Source: Tubulanus polymorphus
Taxonomy: Eukaryota > Animalia > Nemertea
Length of the DNA stretch: 64,000 nucleotides
NCBI RefSeq assembly: GCF_964204645.1
Contig: NC_134027.1
Coordinates: 6,232,485 to 6,296,484, forward strand
Direction: 5' to 3'
Below are positions 32,269 to 45,596 of the stretch, piece after piece (position 1 is the stretch's first letter; the number at the start of each line of letters is the position of its first letter). Made by a program: the position numbers and the translations under genes. Under the pieces are notes generated by a model. The model ran no database searches, was not told the DNA's origin, and saw only the letters and a list, made by a program, of their open reading frames with translations.

Positions 32269-34206
32269 ATGGCACCAAAACGACCGTCGACAAATTCTTT
32301 TCTCCCCACCCCTAACAAACGAAGTCGGACATCGAAGCCTCCAGCCCCGTATCCCGGAGGACCGATGGAAATTGTCTTCTCGTTCGATACGACAGGATCT
32401 ATGAGCGGATGCTTGGCTGCAGTTCGTACGAAGGTTCAACAAATAATTGGCCGCTTGTTCAGAGATATGCCCATGTTACGCATTGCGGTTATAGCGCATG
32501 GGGACTACGAAGATCGATGTTGTTACGTGACGAAAATGCACGATTTTTCGGCCAACGTCGACGACTTAGTTACTTTCGTTAAAGATGTAGGTGCAACTTG
32601 CGCGGCGGCAGATCCTGACGAATGTTACGAACTGGTTTTGAAAGAGGTCTCGGAAATGTCGTGGTCACCAGGATCACAGCGGTCGCTGGTGATGATCGGT
32701 GATCGGAATCCTCACGAACCATCGTATTACCAGTTGTGGAAAAACCGTAGTCCAAGTACCGTACCTTCACAACCTATTGACTGGCGCGAACAGGCTGATA
32801 ATCTTCATGATATGGTATGTTTTTCTTTTCATCAATTTCTCTCTTTTAGTCCGCGTTTTTAGCGCTTAAACGTTACTAGGCTGGTAGCTTATCATTTTGC
32901 CATTAAGTGGCCAGGTAACCACTATATTAGGTTGATATATTCCATCGAATTTTGCCTTTTCCTTCGTTGATCATTATATTATATCAATGACTTTTTTGTT
33001 TATTGACTTTTTTTCATACATTTACTTTTCAGGGAGTTCACATTTATAGTGTCCACTGCAGGGGGGAATCAACATCTAAGTTCTTCTACACCGACCTGGC
33101 TAGACGTACGGACGGAGCTTACATTCAACTAAGTGATTTCTCAAACGTATATGATATGCTTATGGCGATTTGCTACAGAGAGAATGGTCCCGATATGTTT
33201 ACGGTAGGTAACGTTTTTATCCGAATTCGTAGCTCAAATTATCTGAGATTTTAAGTATCAATATTTCAAGCATATTCTATCAATTATCGAACAACTTTCA
33301 CTGAATTCATCAAGAGATCATAGAATATCTTATCATATTTTCAGGCATACGAACATGAGGTTCGTGGGCGGGGTACAATTCATCCCGAAATGGACCAAAT
33401 GTTTTCTGACTTGAGAACAGCGGCTTCTTCCACTGAGAATCAATCGCCCCTACCCTTATCGTCACTTCCTAAGGCCAATACAACGACCAAGAAACCTTCA
33501 TCTAGACAGTGCAAAAAAGAGCCGGTGTACATGAAAAAGAATCGGTTAGAAACGAAGAAGGTGAGAAATCATGCTTTTATGGTAGTGATTTAAATTTAGA
33601 ATAATTTCATCTAATACCTCCTAACAATGATTCCGTATTCTTCTTCAGGTGCTTGTTTCGCAAATGCGACGACGGAGTCAACCTATATCGTACAATAAAG
33701 TTATCACCAGAGACGAAAAATCGAAATTACCCTTAGTTTTCTGGTCCAAATGGAAAAGATGTATGGCTTTGTCTCCATCTCCCAGCGATCAAATCACTCG
33801 ACCGCGAGCAGATGGAGTTGGTTCGAAACTTCCCGTTTTATTCGGTCGTTTTAAGAACGAACGAGCATGTTTATTCGAGTTCTCGGTTCGTCTGCCCGTA
33901 TCTTCAACACTTTACGTCACGCATATTTCTGCTGCCGTGCAGAAAGGTACCATGCCAAACTGGGAGAACGTGCTCCTCCGAGCTCGACATATTAGGGATG
34001 AAATCACGGACGTATTGAGCCAGGGCTGTGAAATTTTTGTAAGGAGGGCAGTTATGCGCGAAATAGAATGTTGGGACGATTTAAGAGAAACGCGAGATAT
34101 TTTCTCTGAAGTGAATGACTATGCGTGGCAGAAGATGGCGTGTGGACGTAGAACACATAAAACAGTTGTTAGACGTAGTTACACTATCTCAGATAGCATC
34201 ATGTAA
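32269..34206 (+). CDS. Uncharacterised intracellular vWA-domain protein with a basic linker and a C-terminal GIY-YIG-like (ET-like) domain, 4 coding exons
   Basis: Exons at about 32269-32814, 33033-33203, 33345-33560 and 33649-34206. vWA motifs: EIVFSFDTTGSM (MIDAS-like), RIAVIAHGDY, DECYELVL, LVMIGD..PH, FYTDLARRTDG. The C-terminal domain call rests on recalled motif similarity and is less certain. Confidence 0.82.
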
Positions 34207-35123
34207 AATAAATCTTATCTCTTGCAACCTGATTACTGTTACCTTTATCTTATGTACGTAGTCCGTGTTAAATGTATATTTATATTCTGTATTTAGATGT
34301 ATATATCATATACATAAGTCCACAGTGTTCTCTCTCGTGAATTCATGACGGGTTATCTCTGTCCTGATATTCATTTGTAGCTTGATGCATACGTTCTGTA
34401 GTAGACAGGAGTATTGACGTCACCCGACGTGAATTGTGTGATGAAAAGAAAAAACGCAGTCGTTTCTGAGACAAGTTAAAATACATGAGATGAAAAATCA
34501 ATTACAGCAATAACAACTATATAAGTAACATAATCTTTTTCTCAGATTCAATTTCTGGTTTTGAGGTTGCATTTTTCTGAGAAAAATTTCAAGACACTAT
34601 AAGCTCGTTTTTACGGTATTTTTCTAAAACAAACACTCAATTGTACCCCATAGTCTCGGACACTGTCGCTTTATTAAAACAAAATTACTTTGTATTTGAA
34701 TTGCGCTTTACTAACATACGTCGACTAAAGTGTACTGGTTTTCAATTATAAATTCCACACTTCAATACTGTATGGAATCTACTCCTTGCAATAAACGTCA
34801 GCCGTTCTGAATATACCTCATATCATGCATAAAAACTATACCGTCAACACGTACTTGAAAAAAGTAGTTCTGGAATACGCCTTTTAGTATAACGATCATT
34901 TTGTATTTTCATGTTACATATATTTGTATTCACCTTATGAGTATGGATGACTGAGTGAGATATACGTTTTACATAAGAGTTGAGTATGGAGTAAAGGAAC
35001 TGAAAATTAACTCATCAAGATACCAAAGACAAATAAACTCCAAGTATAATGCGGGGTCTAAGTGGATAATAAGGTGGATAGTTCATTTTACATGTACTGG
35101 TAGTTAACCTGGATGTTACGATA

Positions 35124-38100
35124 ATGGCTGAAGAAAACCCTAAAACGAGAAGAGATGATACGGATTGGATTCCACCGTTAGGAATTGTGTTTCAGGGTAC
35201 GAATACACGATATCTATAGTAGTTTTATAGTATTATATGAAATGACACATTTATCGAAATATGTAGGTATTTAATCCTGATTTGACAGTATTAGATTTTT
35301 GAAAGATATCGTTTTAACGTTTTAATTTGCTATAGGCGCCATTGCATTTCAACAACATGGGAAGAATCACCGTCAAAGACTTTCACAGGTAAGAGAGAAC
35401 CGTCATATATCACATTTTGTTCGTTAATTCGACACGTTGCGCGTGTATAGACAATGCGATCATTTAAAACAGTCGTAAAATAAAGTATTTCAAAGAATGT
35501 TTTCTTCATACACACATGTATAAATGGTGCCTAATCAAATATACCGGTATGCAAATGGGTTCGTGATGAATTTCAAAATGCCATCTGTTTTTGATTGTAC
35601 TGTACTGAATTCAATGAATCTCTAGGATGAAAAATGTCTATTAAGTGCGGCGGCATACGGGGATGTCGAGATGGTTACTAATTACGTTACGAATTGTAAC
35701 GTCAACCTTGCAGCCCAAGATAGTCTTGGACGAACTGCGTTTATTTTGTCTATCGTAAATAATCAAAATAAGGTAATTACGCAATGTCCATGGAAGTTAT
35801 GTCTACTCAATTTAAGTTTCTCAATATACAGAGAACACTTAGCAATACAACATCGAGCGATTCACTGTCATGGTATTTTACAGGTAGTAGAATATCTCAT
35901 CGATGTAGTTTCACTTAGAGAAATCTACGATGGATTAATATGTGCCCTACGTGGTATGTTGTCCGGTATTGCACTGTTCATCATCCATCACCAAAGATAC
36001 GAACAACTAAAATGGCACACCGAACCAGAAACCAATGACTTAACATCGGTACAGTTCGACTTGAATTTAGAACTTAGTCCGCTAGAAGTTGCCGCCCAGG
36101 AAAACTTGTTCATAGTCGTCCAGTCGCTATTAGAAAAGGGCGAACGGATTCTACCACCGCACGAGTCCACGTGCCGATGCACTGGTTGCAAACAACTTTT
36201 TGAAAAAGACGCTTACAGCTCCGCGCGGAGAAAACTCGAAACTTATAGAGCGCTTTCGAGCGAGGCATATATTACATTAGAAAGCGTTGATCCGATCTTG
36301 AAAGCAATGGAATTTTCAAAACTGCTGAAAGATTTGTCTGCACGTGAACCACACTTTAAGGTAGAAGCCGTTCTTGTTACCTTAAGATCGGTGTTTCGAA
36401 ATAGTTATAATCATTTATCTAATTATTTGAACCCGTTTCAGAGTTCCTATTTAGAATTATCTGATAATCTCGGTCGGTATTTAGTGAAATTATTGGATCG
36501 TGTCTATGATGATACGGAATTACACATCATTCTGAACGAGACGGGCGATTCTGTGACGGACAGACACCAGAAGAACGATCTCGCCAGACTTCAACTGGCC
36601 GTTGACCAGAAAGAGTACGGGGTCAGTGAAAATGCACTGTTTTTGTGATGTGAATCTAAGTATTTTCCAAATAATGTTTATGATTCATTCTTAAGTTTTG
36701 ATTTTACAGTTTGTTTCCCACCCAGGCTGTCAGTATTATATGGAGGTGCGTTTTTACGGCATGTTGAATTCATCAAGAATGTCTAACATCGGATTGTTCG
36801 GGTTCATTACGTTTATGTACATACTATTCTATCCACTTCTAGCAATTCTGTATATCCTCATCCCGTGCAAAACTCAGGTATAAATATATCTTAACCATCA
36901 TCTGCCAGTACTATAATTTTTGAAAAACAAAAAAATGTCTATAGGAAAGGGATGTAAATCTTAGTTTCAGAAATTTATGCGCACGCCATTTTTGAGTTTC
37001 ATATCTGATGTTGTGTCATTTCTGACATTCCTGGCGATAGTTTTAGCATACGGTTACCTTCGGCATCACTATCAAGATGAAGAGGATGCCGCACTCATCC
37101 AGTTGTACCGCGAGTACATCGCTCAAACCAAACTGGACTACAATCCGGACGTGAAATTCAGAAGTGGCGATCGGGGTGGTGTGCTGTTGATTCTGTTGGC
37201 TGTTTTTACGGCAGGTTTGTTCAAAAAATAAAATGTATCATGTGGAAAGACTATCATTTGCAAACAACCCAACGGCAGTTTAGTTTTGATAGTTATTTAT
37301 TTGTTAGCAACAGAAGATAGTGATTTTAAAGAATAGCGATTTTCACATAGGTCTATTGTGGAAAGAGATAAAGCAATTGTATACGACTAGTTTCCACCAG
37401 TACGCAGCTGACTGGTACAACGTCATGGACTTCTTAATGATACTTCTTTACATCACAGTAATGACTATCGAAATAGTGTCTTCCTTTAAGGTAAATAATT
37501 GGAGTAAAATCAATCGATAGTCGACGTTATTCTACTTCGATCTGTAAAACAAGAGTTTTTCTTAGATAACTGCAGCTCGAACGGCGTGTCGTTTCAATGA
37601 AACTTGGTCAAATATCGCTGCTGATGACGAGACAGCTCGTGTACATTTCTATTGGCTTGTAGCAGGTAAGAAAAATGCCACGAGGTTAGTTAACATTGGA
37701 CGACTGGGATTCTATCATTAACGGCTGCTTTTTTTAAAATTCCAATATTCGACTTTGATCTTATGTGCCAGATCAACTCAAGCCCTAAGCACACGACACA
37801 GGGAAACGCTCGCAAACATACTTCTGTCTACGTGTTTCTCCGCGTCGTGTGTGTTGGTATTTAGTTTGTGTACCGTCCATGTTTGGTACGTGGTCTCTTT
37901 GTACGTGACGGGCTTCTTTTGTTTGTGTAAATGAAGGGTAGAAATCTCTCTCTCTACAGATCGTCATTATATGTGGTGGTATGATCCTGATAATATATTC
38001 GACGGTTTATACGCTATAGCGACCATATTAAGTTTCTGTCGGACATCCTACCTACTCGATCTGAGTCCGTACGTTGGACCTTTGAATATAAGCGTCGGAA

Positions 38101-39883
38101 GAATTGTTTTCGTAGGTATTTTATGTACTACTATTATCAAATACGAATTTTTGCTATCATCACTGTTGTCATTGAATTCTTAGTACAAATTGAGCAGAAT
38201 ATTCATCACTTGAGAAATAGGAAATTCAAATGTTTAATGTTTACATGCATCTTCTTCTCCAGGACATCCTGAAATTTGCCGGTATATTTGTGATCGTTTT
38301 TACTCCGTTCTGGGTATCGTTGATCAACCTTTACCATTTTTACAACGACGATACGTTACAAAAGGTGTCATTGTTTATTGTAAAGGCGGAAAATCTACAA
38401 TTTCCCGCGAAAACCTTTGCCAGCGGGTAAGAAATTCTTTAAGAAATAAAAAAGAGTAGCTGAACAATAGAAAGCGATGCCGTAATGCACGTGCGTTCAT
38501 CTGAAGTATTTATCTCAATCCCATATTTTTGCTTTATTTTAAAAGGTACATCTCTGGATTCCAGACGCTGTTTTTCGCTCTATTCGGCTACGGAGAATCT
38601 GACTATCCCGATCTTGGGTATTTCTCAAACAAATGGACGCATGTGATCGGTTACTTAATATTCGGGGCATTTCACGTTGTTCTTATTGTTGTTCTGTTAA
38701 ACATGTTGATTGCAATGATGGCCAAGTCTTATGATAATGTATCTGTAGGTATCAGGTAACAATGTTATTGAATCGTTTTCTGCCTAAATCGTTTAACCTA
38801 ATGCATCAAATATTGTCTTAACTCGCAGGAGAAAGCGGATACCGAGTGGAAATTCGCTCGCATGAAAATGTTCGTGACTTATATGAGAACTGGTTCAACT
38901 TTGTCCGTACCTTTTAACTTGATTCCATCTATCAAATCCTTGTTGTACTGCTTTCGCGGGTGTATTTGTGAAGGTCAAAAACATTTAGAAGAGTCTGTGG
39001 TTGTCATCAATGAGAGAAGTCTCGGTCGTCACATCGTAAGTTACGATATAACTGTTCAAACATTTGCTGGTGGTCTCAGATGAAATTAAACTCATATTTC
39101 AATTAGATGCCGAAAACATTATTTCTAGGAAATGACTGAACGACTTGACGCCCCTACGTCAAAAAATAACGATAAGGTCAATGACGATATGTCACAGGAA
39201 TCGTCATCGTCTGGAGTTAGGAATATCGATTCGGTGGATGAGGGTCCTACGATGCAGGAGGAATCAATTGGTATTACATATCAGGTAGGCCTACTCATAT
39301 ATTGGCGAAAAGATTTTGAATACTTGAATTGTGAAATTCCTCATTTTTGTGTATTTTTGGTATTATTTGATCGTAATAGGATGTGATAAGCAGAATAATC
39401 AATCGCCTTGTCAGTGACTATCATCAACTCGTACAGGAAGATGGCCGAATCTTATCAGGTATATACAGATATAAGATACATTAACATAGAGGACTTGCAG
39501 CATTGTACTTTTTTCACGGGACTATGCACTAACGGTGGTCAAACTGTGGTCAAACACAATAAATGAGTTACCGGACATACTCGATATTTGTCAACATCCC
39601 TTGATTATCTTTTGTCATAGCATAGCACAAGTAAACTATGACGTCCACGCTAGACGAGGGATTCTGTAACAATTAAACGATTGATCGGGCCTGAAACGGT
39701 TTGAGAATCTTCATAATTTTCGTTTCAGAATCGAATCACGAGATTGTTACATTCAGGGAAAAATTTCAGAGAGAGATGCGCGAACAAGGGGAGAAAATTA
39801 GCGCTCTTACCAGTCGGATAGAAACATTGTGTAAAACTCTTGATTCGTCAATGGCTAGTGACGCCGCCGATACTAAATTGTAA
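35124..39883 (+). CDS. Short transient receptor potential (TRPC-family) cation channel, multi-exon, divergent
   Basis: Ankyrin repeats (EKCLLSAAAYGDVEMV, DSLGRTA, LSPLEVAAQEN), TRP_2 Zn motif PHESTCRCTGC, LETYRALSSEAYI..DPILKA, FVSHPGCQ, WYNVMDF, VGPLNIS, S6 VLLNMLIAMM, TRP box EWKFAR, PFNLIPS, and a C-terminal coiled coil. Confidence 0.92.
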
Positions 39884-40513
39884 AAGAAATGACGTACGGT
39901 CTAAAATATAGAAATTCAATTATGAAGAGATATTTGTTGAAATGTTATTTTATTATATTTGTAACTGGATATCGATGTGGATTGCGTCTAATATGTTATA
40001 TAGTAAATCTACTGAGAACACTAATGCGAATCAAAATTAAGATTTTTACCTCAAACCACAATATCATTCATATCATACGACGGTCATCCGGTTTAGGCCC
40101 ATGGTGTATAGACGATCGTAAGCAAACCGGGCGCTTATTTTGCATAAGTATGAAGATTTGGCACAAAATTGATAGTTTTGTTAGTTGTTCATTATTCGAA
40201 TATCTTCATAACTTATTATCGAAATCAATTCAACAATTCTGGACGGCATAGACTTATTTTTTGTTCAAAGAAAATTCCACCATGGTTTTCGTTGAAAAGA
40301 TCAAGCGTTGCAATATACTTTTAATTGTGCACGGATTTCACTAAAAAACTACGAAAGGAATGACGTAATGAATTAAGTACATAAATAATTTCACCAAGGT
40401 TTCGGAAACGATCAATGTAAGCCCTTGGGTACTCACAATTTGTTCATGTTTGGCTATTCATGAATAAGTGCAATAACTACTGGGGTTCCATCATTATAGC
40501 TATAATCGTCCAA

Positions 40514-43482
40514 TCAGTTCTCGTCATCGGAATCAATAGTTGTGCCATTCGGTTTACGCTTAACAAGTTCCATCGAGGTGAAATTAGTATCGAAGATGTC
40601 ATCAGCGTCGTCATCTACTTCATTCAGTAACGGTTTAATCGTACCCTTCCGACCGGCTGCCGCGTCAACATTCATGACATATCTTCTCCAGCCTGATCGT
40701 TTGATACGATAGAAAATAACCACCACCATTATCATAGTTACAACGGTAACGAATGCGACAGCGAAGTACAGTAACATGTCAGACCGATGTAGTATATGCC
40801 AGGGAATCAGATGAACTGGAAAGCGCCCGTGACTGCCTTGTACTATCCAAACGTTGTCTAATAATGCGCCATCTTCCAGCGAAAACTGGGTCCAGTGTAA
40901 ATGTGACTTATTGACGGCTTGTAAAGTTCCGTAGCTAATATATGCTTTTTCGCCGAGATGGTGAGCCGACCATTGATCTGAAACAAAAACGATTATCAAT
41001 GACGCCGTATAGATCACGAAATCATGTAACAACACTAATATTCCCTTTTTCTGATAACTTACATTCGTTTTTTATGAATTTCGAGTAACCCTCCTTATTC
41101 CCAGCGGCCCCAGTAATCAGATAGATCGGGGCACCTGGGTTCGTATGGTTCCCCACAACATAATCCTTGTAAACGGGTTTAGTTCTTTCGTACGAGTGCT
41201 CGTGTGCGGCGATGACCACATCCACGGCGTATTCGTAGAATATATCTTCAAGTCTGTAAATGCAATGAAATTAATGAGTTGTACAAAAATTCAATTTGAA
41301 GATACAGCTAAAGATTGTAGTACAATTCTATCAAAAGCTTGATTTCGATATCCATGTAGAAAAGAGGACCTACCCCTTTCGGATCACGAAGTTATTCCCT
41401 TCGCAGTTCCACGGTTCCTTATTAGAACAGTACATTGGACGATGACCGAACGCAACAATCCACGGTCTGGTTGCCCTAGAAGCGTTTGCTTTCTTCAAAT
41501 CGGAAATAACCCATTGACGTTGTTCCTCCGCAAACTTTCCAACTCTCAAGTAAACTCCTGTAGAAAATCTGTAAGCGAAATTAATTGAAATTCATGTTGT
41601 TTAAGCCCAACGAACATGGCACCGAAAAACGTTTTCGATGTTTTTTGTTATGCCGTGTGCGGGGGAGGCAAAACACAAAACGCCGAACTGAAAAACGTTT
41701 TTCACGAGCAAAAAACTTTTTCTGAAAAACGTGTTTTCTGTTTCGGCGAAACAAATGTTTTGCCGTGTGCTTTGGGCTTTAAACTTGACGAAATGATACC
41801 AATGGTTGGCTGAAAATACTCACGCTATGAAATGAATGAGTCCCATATCGAAACTGTACCACATCTTACGAAGCGGGATCGGCCAATCGGTGAATGGCGT
41901 TGAGAATCTTGTTCGGTATTGGATGAAATCATCTTTTTTTTCTGAAAGTAGATAAAACCGTATGGATGAATATCCTCACTCTGACAGACGCGTTTAACGA
42001 CGGATCGTTCTGTTTACCATGATTGCCAGGACACGTCATATAAGGCAAATATGCTGCAATTGGTTGGATCCTTCTCATGAAAGCGTCACCAACCTTGAAT
42101 GAAAACACGATGAGTTTATTTTTGTTGAACTTCGAACGAAAAATATCCAGATGGCCCTTTGATTTTAGAAAAGTTAGATTTTTTATCTTACATGATACCT
42201 TGGGATTCTTACCTTTCCACCTTCCTCATCCATGTCGTAGGCAAAGTCACCTACATGAAGCACGGCTGAAAATAACTGCGTATCCTTCAGTTTCTCCAGT
42301 CCACTAAAACTGGATGCTTTCTCTCCTAAATCTCCATATACCAAGAGGTTCGGTGTCCAATCCTTAAAGATGTATTATGTATAAAGGTGGAAGATGTTTG
42401 TTTTATTATGAATTCACATGGGATCAAAAGTAGACCAAGTGACAGTTTTAGATAAACAAGGGACCCCCAAAATAATTTGATAATTTTCAGCACTGTCATA
42501 TGACACATTGCCTTCATGGAATTGAGGTTACCTAGATTTTCGCCATTTTATTTACCAAATGATAGACTTACGGTTCTGTTATTCATTGATATGAATGTGA
42601 ATATTTCGGATCTGTAATCGTCGACTTGTATCGAATAGAAATACTTCGCTCCAGGTTCAAGATTCTTGAATGCAGATGGCAAAATAGTAAAATCTCAAAA
42701 TCGACAATGTAACGATAAAAAATATGAAGAATATGACATATATGAATAGTTAGAATGATTTGAACTATTCTACGCGAGTTTCGGGACAATTCTTAGAAAT
42801 GACGTTTGAAAATGCAGCAGGCTGGTATCGTCGTTTGGAAAACATTTTCTTCCATTTCGTGTGAGGGGATTTCAATGAAATGTAGCACAGGATAGTCAAA
42901 TTACCGTTAGTTTTACTCTGTGGTGAAAATGAGTACCGTTCTCGTTACCAGTTACAAACTCGACCCATTTTCCCACTGCTTGCTGCCCGGATGATAATTG
43001 ACCCTCGCGATAGTACAATATAGACGCGGACTCCGGCGCAGCTCGAGTTGCCCACATCACTACCATTTCGGTAGGACTGTCACCGTATGAAATGTGAACT
43101 TGTTCTGGCATTGATAGGTAGTTAGACGTAACTGAAAAGCAGTAAAAAGCTTAAAAATGCCAGATGTGACACTGTGAAATCGATACAGCTGCTACTAGAA
43201 ATATGTAGTGCATATATATGTTACATCTCGCAAGGTATCATTTAATGTACGCTAATAAACACGACTAGCCGATTTTCAGTTCAACAGAAGAAAGATTATA
43301 CGGACGAACAAGACACCGTAAAGCTATAATGGCACAGATATTTCATTGATGCTTGTATGTTCGCCTCTACGCACCCGCGAATGCCATGTCTTGCACGAAT
43401 TGAAATTTTACTTACTGTGACTTATTTCGTACAAATTAAAGATTAAAATCACGTAGTTTAAATGTATCCATCGTAATTCCAT
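40514..43482 (-). CDS. ACP7: Acid phosphatase type 7 (purple acid phosphatase-like) with a C-terminal transmembrane helix, multi-exon
   Basis: PEQVHISYG..MVVMWAT (FN3-like domain). Metal motifs LVYGDLG, HVGDFAYD, CPGNHE, FGHRPMYCSN and AHEHSYER, then PIYLITGAAGNKEG. The first exon (ATG 43482, MELRWIHLNYVILIF) is inferred from a phase-compatible GTAAGT donor. Confidence 0.9.
41604..41778. mobile_element. MITE, Tourist/PIF-Harbinger-like, in an ACP7 intron
   Basis: Imperfect TIRs AGCCCAACGAACATGGCA and TGCCGTGTGCTTTGGGCT, TTA on both flanks (41601-41603 and 41779-41781), and internal inverted subrepeats (GGCAAAACA/TGTTTTGCC, CGCCGAA/TTCGGCG). Confidence 0.7.
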
Positions 43483-45596
43483 GTTGAGGTGATTAGGATA
43501 CGTAAATAATAAGCGCTGCAGTGCTGTGTGTCAAGTTAATTTACCGGCTACAATACGAACACCAAATGTCGCAGAGCAACGCGCGTCATAATCAATTCAT
43601 AACAGATGTCTATGAAGAGAAATCAGTATATATAAAAGTGTGTATTTTAAGAACGATCTATGTGGGTTTACTTAATAAAGAAGAAAAAATAGCCTAGGGG
43701 GATTTTAAGATGACGTTAGTATAGTCATGATTACCGAGGATGCCCAGATCGAACAGTTGATGATTGTTTTATTATCAATGCTGGCTTGTCACGGTTCATA
43801 ACCAAATCATAATCAAGTTGACAGCTGCTGAAACCAGATATGCCGACGAACTGATTCCAATCGATTTCAAAGCACAATCTAATTTAGTAACTGAGTTTTA
43901 GTAAATTCGAATATTGTCAACATCGTTAGCGTTAAATCGAACGTTAATGATTGCACTCGAAAGAAAAAAACAATTCAGAGATCAAAATAATCATCATTAT
44001 TATATGTGTGGTTATTCTATGTTTTTTTGCAGATGTGGGATGTGGGTAAAGCTAGGTGTTTTATGTTCTCAAGTAGAAATAAGTATGCAGAAATCTACGG
44101 GTATTGGTGATGGGCACATCATCATGCTCTTGCTACATTTTCTTTTCCCGTTGAGAGAATTTGGTCACGAAAATAGTGAAACGCCTTTTGCAACACAAAT
44201 GGTTTTGAGAACTGGAGATTCATACGATGAAAATTCTCATACATAAAATAATCATTTGTTATAGATGTCTTTTTTATCAAATGTATTGGAATTTTTTTTT
44301 CGAAGCACTTTTCTTCATACACTGGCAAGAGAATGTTTCATTCAGTCCGGGAGAGGTGGGAAAATTGAAAGATTTGATGATCGGGTATGGGGGCTCAGGG
44401 TGATTTCCGTTTCAGGAGTATTTTAAAGTGGCCTATTATGTGGTGTGATCAACCGTGCCCGTAGAGACCATATGGGATCTTGGGACCGACCTGACCTGTA
44501 CCCGTGGATACTGAAAATGTCTTCTTACCATGGAGACCCAAGGTAACAGAACTATTGATAGAAACAAAAAGTACCGGCATGAATTTTATGTGGTACTGAA
44601 GACTGATCTGAACCCATGGGTGCGGCGGGTAACAGATTAAAAACAAAAATGCTAACACGCTAAACGCCAACCACATAAATTCCAGGATACATTTCCAACG
44701 ACAACCATGCCTAAGCGATAAAATTTCAGTTCTTAAGACGTCGAGATCTACCGCCGGGCAAATTTTCAGGGCGATACATCCAGTAACGACGGAGCATACG
44801 ACAATTCGGTATTATTATATATTACAAGATCGCGGGAAAAACATGAGCCAACATAATACCCGCTTAGTCGTTGAACTGGAAAACCTGTTTACTGATTTGC
44901 GTTCCAGATTCCAAGAAGATTCTCAGAATCTTAAAACAGCACGAAACTGCTTAACTGGCTATTTTTCTATAAAAGAGTTAATTTCCAATTAATTTCATTT
45001 TACTTAGGGAGAGGGTGACAGGTGTTTGTATTCTACATTGATTTTTTCGCAAAAATATATCATGGAAAAGGAAAAAGTGGATGTTTTGTCAATGTTTTGT
45101 ATGAATGGATTCAGAAAATTTAATGAATAATTAATCATGTATATGAATACTAATAGATTGCTACAAATAGAATATAATTACCTAAAAAATATAGAAATAT
45201 CATTTAGAACTTCAAAACGCACGCATATCATGGGCGCTACAGTGGTTCGTATTGTAGCCTACATAAAAGAAACACTATATATCTATATTATATATAATAA
45301 TCTTTCGACCGCCACAGTTCTGGACCACTTAACATTTACCTCCGACGGGTCTTTGTAGCCCGAATGTTATGGATAAATCACTCTTGGAAACCAACTTTAC
45401 CAGATAGAGACTCTCAGAGGCGATGTATCAAATCACTAAAAGCCTAGGGAGACTCCCAATTAAACGAGTGGGTGGTGAAGTTTATCGACAACGCATGCAT
45501 AGGACCATAACCCATTCATTGTTTTATAACCATTTTATTTGATACAGATCATCAATTTACGATTGAAAGCACTTCAAACGATAAACATTATTCCCA

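Noticed and set aside
44449-44632. GC-richer patch with ACCCG/CCATGG motifs, possibly a DNA-transposon remnant; a similar-looking patch lies at about 63540-63890
   Set aside because: No clear TIR pair or TSD could be established by eye. A repeat library search is needed.
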